Below the pieces are notes generated by a model. That model searched no databases and had not been told where the DNA came from. It saw nothing but the letters and a program-made list of their open reading frames with translations. From an uncultured virus (IMG/VR IMGVR_UViG_3300035180_003568) (Duplodnaviria; Heunggongvirae; Uroviricota; Caudoviricetes), in IMG/VR virus record IMGVR_UViG_3300035180_003568: 64,000 bases of DNA. One strand, given 5' to 3'. Below, piece by piece: positions 38,061-48,733 of the stretch; position 1 is the first letter of the stretch, and every line of letters begins with the position of its first letter. A program made the position numbers and the translations under genes.

Positions 38061-38765
38061 TTATAATATATCTATTAGGCTTGGAAGCAATGAATTATAT
38101 ACTTCTGTTAATCTCTCTTTAGTCCAATAATATTGGATGCCCCAGCCATTTCTTTTATTCGTTTGACTTATTCTTTGAGCATACATATTATGTCTATTCA
38201 TTACATATTCTAATGAAATCCACTTATAATGTAATGTGCGATATTTTTTCTGAGAATATTTGACATTTCCGGCTGGATTTGCGGTATGTGCTCCTGGACC
38301 ATAATTCATTTCTTTAATCAATCTTCTATTAAAGATATGTTTTTTATCATGCCCACCATCTCTAATACCACGTTTTAATGATGACAAATCACATCCAGTA
38401 GTTCCGCCAACAAAAGTAAATCCCTCAAAAGATAATATGGAAGTTTGGGTTTTATCTTCTTCTAAGAGATCAGCTTCTGTTACACATGGCAATTCATCTA
38501 AATCTGCAGTTAAAACCCAATTATTTTGAGAATCTTCTTTCCAGCAATTATTTTTTAATTGCATGTGTCTAGCATCATCAAATGTATTTCCAGTATCAAA
38601 TTTACGAATCTTATATCCGCTATCTAATATGATTTTTTCAGAATTATCCGTGCTCATATTATCATAAAATATGACGTTTGCATTTGGCATATACTTTTTA
38701 TAATGTTCTATTACAAATGGTAATATTTTTTCTTCATTAAAACATAATAGATAGACATCAATCAT
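38061..38765 (-). CDS. Glycosyltransferase family 2
   Basis: FNEEKILP, YDNMSTDNS, WVLTADLDE. Confidence 0.85.
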   Translation of the reverse strand: MIDVYLLCFNEEKILPFVIEHYKKYMPNANVIFYDNMSTDNSEKIILDSGYKIRKFDTGNTFDDARHMQLKNNCWKEDSQNNWVLTADLDELPCVTEADLLEEDKTQTSILSFEGFTFVGGTTGCDLSSLKRGIRDGGHDKKHIFNRRLIKEMNYGPGAHTANPAGNVKYSQKKYRTLHYKWISLEYVMNRHNMYAQRISQTNKRNGWGIQYYWTKERLTEVYNSLLPSLIDIL

Positions 38766-38768
38766 AAA

Positions 38769-39467
38769 TCACCTATATGTAGTTTCATTGTGTTTGGTTT
38801 CGCAACATCCATTTATTAATTGAGCCGATCTTAAATTGAACTTATATTTAGCATGATCGCTGCATGCTTTCTCTCCCAAGACTCCAATTTTATCTGCAGA
38901 TATTTCAAAATATCCATTTGGGAACATAGATCTATAATCAGCGGTTCTTTCAACATGAGTCATAAATGTAAACCCGCTCCAATCACCACAATGATTTGGA
39001 GTTAACATTTTGTATTGTGTTTTGTTTGGAGTCTGCAATACTGCTGGCTCAAAAAGCATTTCCATATAGCCAGGACCATGACTTACTGCATAATTTTTTA
39101 GATGTCGAAGCCATACATGATGCACCTGTGGGACACTCTCCAAAATATCTACTGATTCATTTAAGAAGTTAGCATTTCCACTAAACACATAATCATCTTC
39201 AACTTTTAATATGTATTTTGATGAAACTTGTGAATAAGCTTTATCTATTGATTTTATTTGTCCGATATTTGTTTCATTAAAAATGAAATTTACCTTATTG
39301 CCAAAATGTGTTTCAATATTGGCTTTCATATGTGGGTGAGCAGAGTCTTCAATTAGTGTAATTTTATAATCACTACCAATTAAAGCTATTAAAGATTCAA
39401 CGCATGGTTTTAGTAAATGCCAGCGATTATATGATGTTATTACCACTTCTAAATCTAATTTGCTCAT
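38769..39467 (-). CDS. Glycosyltransferase (GT-A fold)
   Basis: VVITSYNR, IEDS, NIGQIKSIDKAY, VEDDY. Confidence 0.8.
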   Translation of the reverse strand: MSKLDLEVVITSYNRWHLLKPCVESLIALIGSDYKITLIEDSAHPHMKANIETHFGNKVNFIFNETNIGQIKSIDKAYSQVSSKYILKVEDDYVFSGNANFLNESVDILESVPQVHHVWLRHLKNYAVSHGPGYMEMLFEPAVLQTPNKTQYKMLTPNHCGDWSGFTFMTHVERTADYRSMFPNGYFEISADKIGVLGEKACSDHAKYKFNLRSAQLINGCCETKHNETTYR

Positions 39468-40102
39468 GAAATCCTTTTTAAGAAACCTTTTGGGTTCCAG
39501 GTTATAAAAAATGATTCCTTATCTCTATCACATACAAAATTCTTATTTTCTTTTAAGAAATCATTTATAGCTTCATATGGTCCAGGATTAGGTCCAACAT
39601 CAAGTCCATGATGACAAATGCTATCTTCAACTATAAAATAATCGCCAGATTTTATAAATGATGAATAGGTCCTTAATACATTTAAGGTATTTTCATATGT
39701 ATGAGAACTATCTTCTATTACCAATACTTTATCTTCTGGTTTAATTAAATTCTTAACTTTATCTAAAGATGAGCATGCGTCACCTTCAATGAAAGTTATT
39801 CTATTATGAGCTTTTGATAAAGGACTAATATTTTTATGAGATATATCTAAGCCTATAATTTTACCATGACCGATATTATCGCATAAATGCGCCAATGCTA
39901 AAGCACTTCCACCAAAAGCATTTCCTATCTCTAAAATTACATCTGGTTTATGTTGAAAGATAATTTCTTGATATACCCAATAATCTATTGGGCTTTTCCA
40001 GGTAGTTATTCCAAAATATGTCGTCTTAGTCATAATACGATTTTGCATTATGTCCAATATTTTATATAATGGAAATGAAGAGTTTTGCTCCAAATATGTC
40101 AT
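39464..40102 (-). CDS. CmcI-family (sugar O-)methyltransferase
   Basis: KSPIDYWVYQEII..KPDVILEIG..GGS, EDSSH, YFIVED, NPKGFL. Confidence 0.88.
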   Translation of the reverse strand: MTYLEQNSSFPLYKILDIMQNRIMTKTTYFGITTWKSPIDYWVYQEIIFQHKPDVILEIGNAFGGSALALAHLCDNIGHGKIIGLDISHKNISPLSKAHNRITFIEGDACSSLDKVKNLIKPEDKVLVIEDSSHTYENTLNVLRTYSSFIKSGDYFIVEDSICHHGLDVGPNPGPYEAINDFLKENKNFVCDRDKESFFITWNPKGFLKRIS

Positions 40103-40803
40103 GCAATGATCCTTATAGCATTATTTCTATGTGTTTGAAAGTTTTTTCTTATTTCTTCTTCCGATAAGAAATAATGTGCTCCCCAACCATTTTTTATATT
40201 TTCTTTACTCATTCTTGCGGCATTCTGCTTATATCTTGCAACCATAAAATCAGGATTTATTAAAGCATAATGTAGTGCTAAGTATGATTTACTGCTATAT
40301 TTTATAGTTCCAATTGGATTGGAGGTATGACATCCTGGAGCATAATTAATCTCTTTAATAAATTTCTTATTAAAAAGATACTGCTTGCTATATAGCTCAA
40401 ACTTTGATCCAAATTTAATATTCGATAAATCAAAATTATCTTCCATATTAACCATATTGCATCCGTCAGATGTAATTATTGTTGAATTTAATTTTTCTTC
40501 TTCAATTAATTGCTCTTCTGAAATATCTAACATTTCATCTGTATCACACATTAGCACCCAATCTGTACTTGATTCTTTCCAGCAATTATTTTTAATTTCA
40601 AGATGTTTTGAATCGCTAAAAGTGTTCCCTGTTTGAAACTTTATAATTTCAGCGCCATTATCTTTGGCTATCTGCGCAGTATTATCTGAACTATAATTAT
40701 CGTATACGATAATTTTACATTTAGGAAATCTATGTCTATAATGATCAATCATAAATTTTATAATATGAGATTCATTATAAGCAACTGCATACACAGTAAT
40801 CAT
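40099..40803 (-). CDS. Glycosyltransferase family 2 (paralog of 38061-38765)
   Basis: YNESHII, YDNYSSDNT, KNNCWK, CDTDE. Confidence 0.85.
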   Translation of the reverse strand: MITVYAVAYNESHIIKFMIDHYRHRFPKCKIIVYDNYSSDNTAQIAKDNGAEIIKFQTGNTFSDSKHLEIKNNCWKESSTDWVLMCDTDEMLDISEEQLIEEEKLNSTIITSDGCNMVNMEDNFDLSNIKFGSKFELYSKQYLFNKKFIKEINYAPGCHTSNPIGTIKYSSKSYLALHYALINPDFMVARYKQNAARMSKENIKNGWGAHYFLSEEEIRKNFQTHRNNAIRIIA

Positions 40804-40804
40804 A

Positions 40805-41410
40805 TTAGCCCATTTTAGTTAAAAGATATTTCTCAAACATAGTAAGTAATTTTTTATAATCTCCCGGCTTCATATATACAATGCCAATACCAGCAAGACC
40901 ACCAGTATTAGTTGGGCTCTGTATTTCTTTAGTTTGATATGTTCCATCTTGTTGGACAAGACGCCAGAAATTACGTGGGAACCAATCATCTTGAGTCCTT
41001 GTTCTCCACTGATTAATATCATGAACTGCCACTACTTTCCCCATACATGCATAATTTTTAAAGTCTGTATATTGGGAAAAATCTGTATGGTCCGCATCAA
41101 TTAAAACTAAATCATAATCGTCTTGAACTTTTGGAGGAGTATACCAAGGTCTAGAGTCTGCGCATACAAATCTTATTTTTGCATTTGGAAATTCTTTTTT
41201 ATAATCTTCATGTTCCCATGGATATGTTCCAGAGCCGTCAACGATATCCATCGTTGTTACCTCTGCTCCAGTAGATGCCATTGCTGCAGCAGTGCCCCCG
41301 CCACAAGTACCAATCTCAAGAATCTTTTTGGCACCAATATCTCTAATTACTTGTAAAAACTCTTCTAACTCTTGTGCGTCTTGCATTGCTCCTGGCCAAA
41401 CTCTTGTCAT
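40805..41410 (-). CDS. Class I SAM-dependent methyltransferase
   Basis: ILEIGTCGGGT, YDLVLIDADH, AVHDI. Confidence 0.85.
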   Translation of the reverse strand: MTRVWPGAMQDAQELEEFLQVIRDIGAKKILEIGTCGGGTAAAMASTGAEVTTMDIVDGSGTYPWEHEDYKKEFPNAKIRFVCADSRPWYTPPKVQDDYDLVLIDADHTDFSQYTDFKNYACMGKVVAVHDINQWRTRTQDDWFPRNFWRLVQQDGTYQTKEIQSPTNTGGLAGIGIVYMKPGDYKKLLTMFEKYLLTKMG

Positions 41411-41411
41411 A

Positions 41412-41966
41412 TTATCTCCGTTTTATTCCATAGAAAAATAAATCATTATAGTTATCTACTTGATAACATATTTCAAATTTATATTCAGAAAATATTGCGT
41501 CAACATCAATTGCTTCTCTTATATCATCTTCAGTAAGATTTTTATAGTAGTCTTCCCAATCTGGATTGGAAGTTAATAGTGGAGCGTCTTCTGGCTTAAT
41601 TCTTCTTGTGCCATGCTCTGGATATCCAGTAGTAGGCACAGAACATAAAAATATTCCACCTGGCTTAAGCATTCTGACGATCTGTTTTAAAGAATCTTTA
41701 TAAAAACGATCATGCTCAAAACATGATCCAGAAATTATTGCTCCATATTCTCCATCTAAAGCTTTATGCTCATGTACATAACAGATTATATCTACATTTG
41801 GTCCGGGAGCCACATCTAATCCGTAATATTCACAATTATCAAAAAACATTCTATTATTGCCATTAATATCTAATGATCCAACATCTAGAACTTTTTGATT
41901 TCTAAAAAGATTTGGAAATTTATTTTTAATTTTAAAAAAATAATCTCGTTGTGATTGGTGTGCCAT
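41412..41966 (-). CDS. Class I SAM-dependent methyltransferase
   Basis: VLDVGSLDING, CFEHD, LKPGG. Confidence 0.85.
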   Translation of the reverse strand: MAHQSQRDYFFKIKNKFPNLFRNQKVLDVGSLDINGNNRMFFDNCEYYGLDVAPGPNVDIICYVHEHKALDGEYGAIISGSCFEHDRFYKDSLKQIVRMLKPGGIFLCSVPTTGYPEHGTRRIKPEDAPLLTSNPDWEDYYKNLTEDDIREAIDVDAIFSEYKFEICYQVDNYNDLFFYGIKRR

Positions 41967-41978
41967 AACTGATCCTTA

Positions 41979-42665
41979 CTAAAGCTTTAATTGCCAAACA
42001 AATTGATATATATCTGCAAATTCTCTATCCTTGAGAGAAGATACAATTTCCTCTGGAACATCATCAAATGAATTGTTAAATTCAGTATTTTCAACTGCAT
42101 TTCTCAAATTAATTTCTTTAGAAACACGAAAACCTGAATCAATAACCATTTTTCTCAAACTTGGTTCTGTAAAAAATCTTATATGAGTATCATCAAGTAA
42201 GCCAACGCTTCTATATTCAAATTTATTATTCCACAAATCAATTAAAACCGAATTATGACCAATATTTGGAATTGATATCCAAATTGAGCCATGTGGTTTT
42301 AATAATAATTTTGAATCTTGTAAAACTGACTTTGGATTATATAAATGCTCTAATACATCTGCAAATATGATATAATCATATCTAGTAGCATACTTTTCGT
42401 ATAAATACGGTAAAAGTTCTTTTTCAACATCACCTGTTTTATTACCAATAAAATTGGATGCTGCCCATTGTGAAGCAATGCCGCCTGCATACGCATCTTT
42501 TTCAATAATAGTAATTTCGCAATTAAGTGTTTCTTTTAGATATTTTGTCATTCTTCCATGAGCGCATCCAATCTCTAATACTTTAGAATTTGGTTTGATA
42601 TTATGCAATATGACAGAATTTGAATTCTTGGAATCCATATCAAGATCAAAATTATATTTACTCAT
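41979..42665 (-). CDS. Class I SAM-dependent methyltransferase
   Basis: VLEIGCAHG, DYIIFADVLEHL, GLLDDTHIRFF; ATG 42665 overlaps upstream stop. Confidence 0.85.
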   Translation of the reverse strand: MSKYNFDLDMDSKNSNSVILHNIKPNSKVLEIGCAHGRMTKYLKETLNCEITIIEKDAYAGGIASQWAASNFIGNKTGDVEKELLPYLYEKYATRYDYIIFADVLEHLYNPKSVLQDSKLLLKPHGSIWISIPNIGHNSVLIDLWNNKFEYRSVGLLDDTHIRFFTEPSLRKMVIDSGFRVSKEINLRNAVENTEFNNSFDDVPEEIVSSLKDREFADIYQFVWQLKL

Positions 42666-43569
42666 GCTCAATATCTCCTTTTGCGCGGTGAGAAGAATAT
42701 GCTGTAAGGATTTTTGAAAATTTCCACCTATCAACAGATATTGAAATAAAAGTATTACTACTTTCTTTTAATTTGGAGCCCCATTCGCCTTTTTGACGAT
42801 ATACCTCTACTTCTGCAAAATTACAAACAGACTCATCTATTGCTACACAGGCAGCAAGAGAGTCGTGAAAAGCCTTTCCATTTGGATGATCTTCAAGATA
42901 TCTTGACATTCCTAAATAAAGAAGAGATAATCCCGTATATGCATTTTTATCTGGAGCAATTTGATAATGCATTGCTTGATCATATACTACACCATGACAA
43001 ACATTTTTTGAAACAAAAATCTTCTTTTTAATTAAATTGGTTTCTGCGACATGCAAAGCCGCTTTAACATCGCCATTTAAGTTAAATGTGGGGCAGGTTT
43101 CTTTTCCTTTAAACTTTTCTAATCTGTTCTCTTCCGGCACCACAGAGTCTCCAGCAAAGCCGCCCTGGACTACGATGCGCTCCAATATATGACCTTTGTC
43201 AAGGAATTTAGAAATATTGCCAAGAGACGCCCCGCACACAATAGTTAGCTTATTATTTTTAAGGTAAGCCTTCTCTATAATATCTCCACCAATTCCATCA
43301 GGCTCAGATGGACTAATTTGTCCAAGCCATTTATAATGAAATGCTGATACACATTGCTTTGGATGATCTGGATTTTTAGATCCAACAAGAACATCTTTTC
43401 TATCTAAAGAATTAAGAATATGTCTAACAACACCAACTTGATCTTTAGTACCGGGAGTGATAGTTACTGATAATAAATCAACAGCTGGATGCGTGGCGAG
43501 AATACATAATGTAAATACATCATCAGGATCGGAAGTTTCCATATCCCATGATATAGGAATTTTATTCAT
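42658..43569 (-). CDS. Nucleoside hydrolase family protein
   Basis: DMETSDPDD, QGG, TFNL.GD, FHDSLA. Confidence 0.8.
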   Translation of the reverse strand: MNKIPISWDMETSDPDDVFTLCILATHPAVDLLSVTITPGTKDQVGVVRHILNSLDRKDVLVGSKNPDHPKQCVSAFHYKWLGQISPSEPDGIGGDIIEKAYLKNNKLTIVCGASLGNISKFLDKGHILERIVVQGGFAGDSVVPEENRLEKFKGKETCPTFNLNGDVKAALHVAETNLIKKKIFVSKNVCHGVVYDQAMHYQIAPDKNAYTGLSLLYLGMSRYLEDHPNGKAFHDSLAACVAIDESVCNFAEVEVYRQKGEWGSKLKESSNTFISISVDRWKFSKILTAYSSHRAKGDIEHE

Positions 43570-43726
43570 GTGAACGCCTCCTAATAACTAATACTTCAGG
43601 AGTTTTAGGCTGAGATTCAATATTAGTAAATCCACAAGATTTACATTTCACTTTTTTATTTACACTTCGATCACTGTTTATGATATCTATTTCGCCATCA
43701 CAAACAATACACTGTAATAACTTCAT
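43562..43726 (-). CDS. Small zinc-ribbon protein (54 aa)
   Basis: Below ORF-track cutoff; MKLLQCIVCDG...KCKSCG; AGGA SD. Confidence 0.6.
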   Translation of the reverse strand: MKLLQCIVCDGEIDIINSDRSVNKKVKCKSCGFTNIESQPKTPEVLVIRRRSHE

Positions 43727-43737
43727 TTAAGAATCCT

Positions 43738-44079
43738 TTAATAATCTTTTAAGATATCCTCTGCATATAATTTTAGAGCAGGGGAAGGGTCATTTTTAGC
43801 AATGTCCCGCACTCTTTCTAATATATCTGAAGGTAGCCGTCTATCAAAAAATAAAGTCATAAGTCCTATTAGAGCTCCCTCTCTAACAGTTGCATTTATG
43901 TGCCTTAGCAGTTTCCTAAAAACTGGTAAGGAGATTGCCTCATCGGTAATCTCCTCTCCAAGAATCTCTGCTCCAAATGTAAGCACATATGTTTCTGTGC
44001 TTGGGTTATTTAATATCTTAATGAATTTGGCGGCATCACTTTGAGCTAATTTTCGTAGCTGGTCATTTGAGTAACTCAT
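43738..44079 (-). CDS. HEAT-repeat-like protein
   Basis: LLRHINATVREGALIGL...DPSPALK. Confidence 0.65.
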   Translation of the reverse strand: MSYSNDQLRKLAQSDAAKFIKILNNPSTETYVLTFGAEILGEEITDEAISLPVFRKLLRHINATVREGALIGLMTLFFDRRLPSDILERVRDIAKNDPSPALKLYAEDILKDY

Positions 44080-44149
44080 GTATATATTCCAAATCTGTAG
44101 TAAGTTTATAAACTAATTAGATGTTATCATATAACATATCCAGTGATAT

Positions 44150-44590
44150 GATGTTTAGACATGTTTTATTCTATCAATTTCATGATGTAATCAGTACTAA
44201 TGGTCATGAATTTTCTTCATTTTTATAGGAAGCAAAAGCTATCCAATTAATTAATAAAATTAGGGTGGTTCCTAAAAAACTTTTATTGTTAAATTCCCTA
44301 CATTAAATGAAAATTTAATATCACATTTTATACGAGGGTATTTTGATGGAGATGGATGCATATATTCTAATGGTAAATATCATACATGGAGGATATATTC
44401 GGCATCTTGTGAATTTGTAAAATCATTAATTGATATTATTTCTAAACAGACTAATTTGTATTTTAATATATCTAAAAATGTGAATACAATTTTTATAAAA
44501 AGGCAAAGATATTATAATTCTTGAAAAATATTTATATGATAACTCACCAATTTATCTTGAAAGAAAAAGAGATAGTTTTATGAAAGCTAT
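44150..44590 (+). pseudogene. LAGLIDADG endonuclease remnant (boundaries approximate)
   Basis: HFIRGYFDGDGCI at about 44323-44361, later YLYDNSPIYLERK; multiple stops/frameshifts. Confidence 0.65.
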
Positions 44591-45255
44591 TTCTTATATA
44601 AATGGTTTTTAACAACATCTTTATGAATCCAGTGATCATTATTTAGGCTAACATGATTAGCTCTAACCATTTTTGCCACATGCGTTGAGAATTCAGAATC
44701 TAAAAATCCCGAAGCAACGCGTACAACAACGCCCTCTCTTATACCTCCGCACTTAGATGGCTCAATCATAAAAGATTCGGTCAATTCTTTTAATTCTTCT
44801 TCGGAAGAAACTATTCCCTTAAACAATACGGGAACAGTTGGCACTTCAATTTCCTCCGCCCACATTTCAACTTCTTCCCAAGAAGACCAAAATGGAGTTC
44901 TAGAAGTTAGATCTCGTACATTGAAAAGCAAAAAATATCCAGGCAAAGCATCATAAGCAATAGAATGCTTGGCAAATACCCACTCTCCAAATAATTGAAT
45001 TCCCTCAGGAATTTTATATTTAACAGATGCGTGCAATGCTTTTAGCCCGTCAAAAGATTGATGAGTCGGAGGTCCAGAATGCGTTCTAGCAAAACATCCA
45101 TTGTATTCTAGCGAGGTGTTGGAGCCGTCAATTTTCTCTGTAATAATGATGGGTGATTTTATCAAATAGCTAATGTCTGTAGCAATCTTATCATCATTGG
45201 TCGCTCCCTTGCTCCATGGGAGGTGGTATGTTCTATTATATTTGGGAGAGTCCAT
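44587..45255 (-). CDS. ATP-dependent RNA ligase family protein
   Basis: KYNRTYHLPWS.G...ITEKIDGSN, FGE, EGVVVR, KMVR. Confidence 0.85.
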   Translation of the reverse strand: MDSPKYNRTYHLPWSKGATNDDKIATDISYLIKSPIIITEKIDGSNTSLEYNGCFARTHSGPPTHQSFDGLKALHASVKYKIPEGIQLFGEWVFAKHSIAYDALPGYFLLFNVRDLTSRTPFWSSWEEVEMWAEEIEVPTVPVLFKGIVSSEEELKELTESFMIEPSKCGGIREGVVVRVASGFLDSEFSTHVAKMVRANHVSLNNDHWIHKDVVKNHLYKK

Positions 45256-45320
45256 AATCGGTAATATCCTGGCATATCTATTAAGGGAGTCGGGGCGCTC
45301 CATGCGCACCATATTTTTAT

Positions 45321-45923
45321 ATGAGAATCAGCTTCATAAGATTCTGGTTATCACAGCTACTTACAATAGTGGTAATACTATTTACCTATCAACAATTAAA
45401 CAAGCCCCTAGAAAAACCGCAGTATAATTATAAACAACACTCTCATAGAATATTATATGTAGATAATGGTTTTTCAGATGAAAAAAAAGAAATTATCACT
45501 CATGCAGCTTTGAATTGGAATACGCGCACTAAAGGAATCATTCAATTCGATGTGGTGATGTTACCAACTCAAGAACCACTAGATGTTGTTAATGGAATTG
45601 TCATTGAAGAGGTATCAGAATATGATCCTGATATTTTATCTTTAGATGAAAAAAATCAAGCGATAACATTGGGTTATTATTCTGGACACGGGCATATTCC
45701 ATCAATAAGTCTAGTAGCAGCTAGGATAGATAAAGATGATTATCACTCCGTCATTTTGCATGAGCTAGGTCATTCTTTGGGTTTAAATCATAAAATTGGG
45801 CATGATGGAATAGGAACTTTAATGTATCCTTCCATTGAAATGAGCGCCGAAAATATTACAGATACTGACATTGAAGATCTCTGCAAGATTTACGAATGTG
45901 ATCCCAACAAGTTAAACAACTAA
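45321..45923 (+). CDS. Matrixin-family metalloprotease with N-terminal membrane anchor
   Basis: HELGHSLGLNH, Met-turn LMYP, hydrophobic N-terminus. Confidence 0.85.
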   Translation: MRISFIRFWLSQLLTIVVILFTYQQLNKPLEKPQYNYKQHSHRILYVDNGFSDEKKEIITHAALNWNTRTKGIIQFDVVMLPTQEPLDVVNGIVIEEVSEYDPDILSLDEKNQAITLGYYSGHGHIPSISLVAARIDKDDYHSVILHELGHSLGLNHKIGHDGIGTLMYPSIEMSAENITDTDIEDLCKIYECDPNKLNN

Positions 45924-46646
45924 TAAAAATTTCTTCATCTTTGATTTTTTGACATATTTCGCAAATTTTTTTATTTCTTTTAGATTTTCAGTGTCTAAAA
46001 CTGCTTGTTCTAATTTATCAATATTAGAGCCTTTTATCTTTTCTGCCAACATGCGCATGTAGGTGAAGGACTTGACTTCAATAATTAGGTCTTCTATTTT
46101 GGAGAGATCTTCTTTGGAACAATGTTTGGCTAATTCAAATAAATAACTAGGTTTTTTAGATTTTAAGATTATATTTTTGAATTTACTAACATTTGCCTCT
46201 CTCACATATTTAATATACATGTGGCAATATTTTGCTTCTCCAGATTTGATAATCAGTTCCTCAAGCGGAGTTTTGTTCGCCCGCTTAACAAAACAAGCGA
46301 ATTTACAAATGTATTTAATATTTTTAGAATCTATCACAATATTCTGTAAAGCTTTTACATCGCAGCCCTGAATATTTTGAGCAAACAATAAAGCATATCT
46401 AGGATCCTTTCTGTCTAAAACAACTTTTTGCATCCTATATATTTTGTATGGAAATTCATTGGCGCAAAAATAAGCCAAAGCCGCATCATTATCTTTAATT
46501 ATTTCTTCGTGAATATCTTCCAATTCTTCTATTCTCGAAGCGTTATTAATTTTGGACCGATGAATTTTTAGACCTTTTTCTTGGACTTTTGTGATCCATC
46601 TCCAAGAGTCTGCGCTAAAGTCATTCTCAAACAAATGTTTATTCAT
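45912..46646 (-). CDS. Hypothetical helical-repeat protein
   Basis: Repeated Y...FA..V......LE..II.S pattern. Confidence 0.65.
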   Translation of the reverse strand: MNKHLFENDFSADSWRWITKVQEKGLKIHRSKINNASRIEELEDIHEEIIKDNDAALAYFCANEFPYKIYRMQKVVLDRKDPRYALLFAQNIQGCDVKALQNIVIDSKNIKYICKFACFVKRANKTPLEELIIKSGEAKYCHMYIKYVREANVSKFKNIILKSKKPSYLFELAKHCSKEDLSKIEDLIIEVKSFTYMRMLAEKIKGSNIDKLEQAVLDTENLKEIKKFAKYVKKSKMKKFLLVV

Positions 46647-46669
46647 GTATAATGATATATCAAAATATC

Positions 46670-46702
46670 AAGCGCCAGGAGAAATAAATCCTCCTGGCGC
46701 TT
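46670..46702. terminator. Strong hairpin, probable terminator after RNA ligase gene
   Basis: AAGCGCCAGGAG/CTCCTGGCGCTT 12-bp stem. Confidence 0.65.
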
Positions 46703-46749
46703 CCCTAATAATGAATATTGAATTAACAATATTCATATTACATATATCA

Positions 46750-48117
46750 TCAATAGCTATTTTTGATAAGCTCTAAGAACTTATCCAAGAAACTATTAGA
46801 CCAAGTTCCATCCTTTTTATTCTGAACGATGAAGTCTTTCATATTCTGAACTTTTCCATCGAACATTTGGAAGAACGGCGCTTGCCAAAGCGGTTTCCCA
46901 TTCTCTTGCGAGGACTTAAGTACCTTTTGAGCCAAAAGCGCAAAAGTCTTCTTATCACCTGCTTGAGTTAGGTCAGCCGCACCCTTGACTACTGTATAGG
47001 TCATATCATGATATTCAATCACTTTTCGCAAGCCGTCCTTGATTTTCAGCAAATTCTTTACAATTTCTTCCGGCAAGAATGGGATAACATCGTCATCCTT
47101 TTCTTGAAAGATTAATTCCAAACAATTTCGTTCTGAAGTGCCAAGAACTTCTCGTGTCCTATTGTACGCCACATAAGCCGCATTCTTGACTTTAACTCGA
47201 TTAAAATTAGAGTCTCGAACAACTACACCTTCATGTTCCATTGGATTTAGTGAGGACACCAAATCAATAAGTTCGCTGACAGACGTGTACGTGTACGCGT
47301 GTGCGATTGGAACACCAATTAGATTAAATGGAGCATCAACAAGTGCCGCCCCCACGTTTTCCTTGGTTTTGCCAAGAGAAACTAGATGATCTTTGATGTT
47401 TTTATCCAAATCATCATAAGCGACCCACTTCTTGGAAGTGCTAAGAAGCTGAAGATCAATTTCCTTAAAATCACCATACATGGATCGTGCTGCCAATAGA
47501 GTTACACGATTTTCAGTATAGTTAACAACAATTCTATTGTATGGAGTGGTGAGTTCGAAACAATACGTAACATTTTTGTTAAGCAATCCCGTATACGTGT
47601 CGAAATCTTTTCCAGAAGTATCTTTAAGAGCCTTTTCGAACAAAGTTCTGAACGTAAAGATACCATTATCCATGATAAGATCTGCTTCCGGTACAGATCT
47701 TGTTGCCACGCACCAAGCGTTAGTAAACCAATCATAATAAACAATACAAAGAGTTCCGTCCAACTTTTCCAATACGGCAAGGTTCGGATCAGACCAATTT
47801 ACATTAGCTGCTGCGCCCTGACCATAATTAAAGAACCTCTTCATTGGATAAGCCAAAACTTTAGTCTTGCCAGGAATTACGTCGTCAAAGTTTCTTTTAC
47901 CATCAACTTCGACGTGAGGATAAATGGAACCATCTTCCGATGAAAGGATAAGACCTCGGCATTCCTGCGCAAGAGGATCTGATTCTTGTGCTTCAAGTTG
48001 GTCGTAGTTTAGAGAGAACTTGTGACCTGACTTGGAAAAGGAAGCATACACACCGTGTTGCTCTCGCAATTCGCGTAACGAATGAGTTGCCAAAAAATCT
48101 TGAACTAAAAGGGACAT
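46750..48117 (-). CDS. T4 Rnl1-like RNA ligase
   Basis: ECRGLIL, RFFNYG, EKLDGT, FEL..P.NRIVV.Y, EGVVV, KVKN. Confidence 0.88.
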   Translation of the reverse strand: MSLLVQDFLATHSLRELREQHGVYASFSKSGHKFSLNYDQLEAQESDPLAQECRGLILSSEDGSIYPHVEVDGKRNFDDVIPGKTKVLAYPMKRFFNYGQGAAANVNWSDPNLAVLEKLDGTLCIVYYDWFTNAWCVATRSVPEADLIMDNGIFTFRTLFEKALKDTSGKDFDTYTGLLNKNVTYCFELTTPYNRIVVNYTENRVTLLAARSMYGDFKEIDLQLLSTSKKWVAYDDLDKNIKDHLVSLGKTKENVGAALVDAPFNLIGVPIAHAYTYTSVSELIDLVSSLNPMEHEGVVVRDSNFNRVKVKNAAYVAYNRTREVLGTSERNCLELIFQEKDDDVIPFLPEEIVKNLLKIKDGLRKVIEYHDMTYTVVKGAADLTQAGDKKTFALLAQKVLKSSQENGKPLWQAPFFQMFDGKVQNMKDFIVQNKKDGTWSNSFLDKFLELIKNSY

Positions 48118-48359
48118 TACCTTCCTCGCGTATAAAAGGACGCCATCAAAATTACAAATGCCGGGATAACCGACGCATAACTAAACGTTGAATCTCCAAA
48201 AGAGAAGCAAGTAGCCGCTGTAATTGGAAGAGAAGAAATCAAAAAGGCATGCATTCCTAGAAATGCAAACACCCCAACCAAAATCTTCCAGATTACTCCA
48301 CGAACCAGCAGTACATATAATCCTGTGGTTGCCAAAATCAAACTAATTCCCAGTGCCAT
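48117..48359 (-). CDS. Small membrane protein
   Basis: Three hydrophobic stretches; AGGA SD. Confidence 0.6.
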   Translation of the reverse strand: MALGISLILATTGLYVLLVRGVIWKILVGVFAFLGMHAFLISSLPITAATCFSFGDSTFSYASVIPAFVILMASFYTRGR

Positions 48360-48733
48360 GATTGATCCTCGGGACTTGCGCCCCTCCTATGAATGTTAAA
48401 AGTTCCCAGAGGGAATTTATGAGATTGTTTGGCGACTCTTACGAGTCGGGCTGCGGAGCGTTTGGGCTCAATTTACCGAGCAATAACAGCCGCTCTTTCT
48501 TACAAGATAATCATTGGCGCAAGGTTGTCAAACAGAAAAATGGCGGACAATTTTGAAAATTGTCGCCATATTCATCATTCATATCTGCGCAATACAAACT
48601 CTTCTGTGTGAGTTTCTTGGGCATGATTCACATGACCCATCATCACGGTCACTTGGAGTTTTTTTGATAAGCGTTCTCCTATGGACGCATATAATTATCT
48701 TTGAGCATTGTATTCATAAATGGTTCTTTCATA

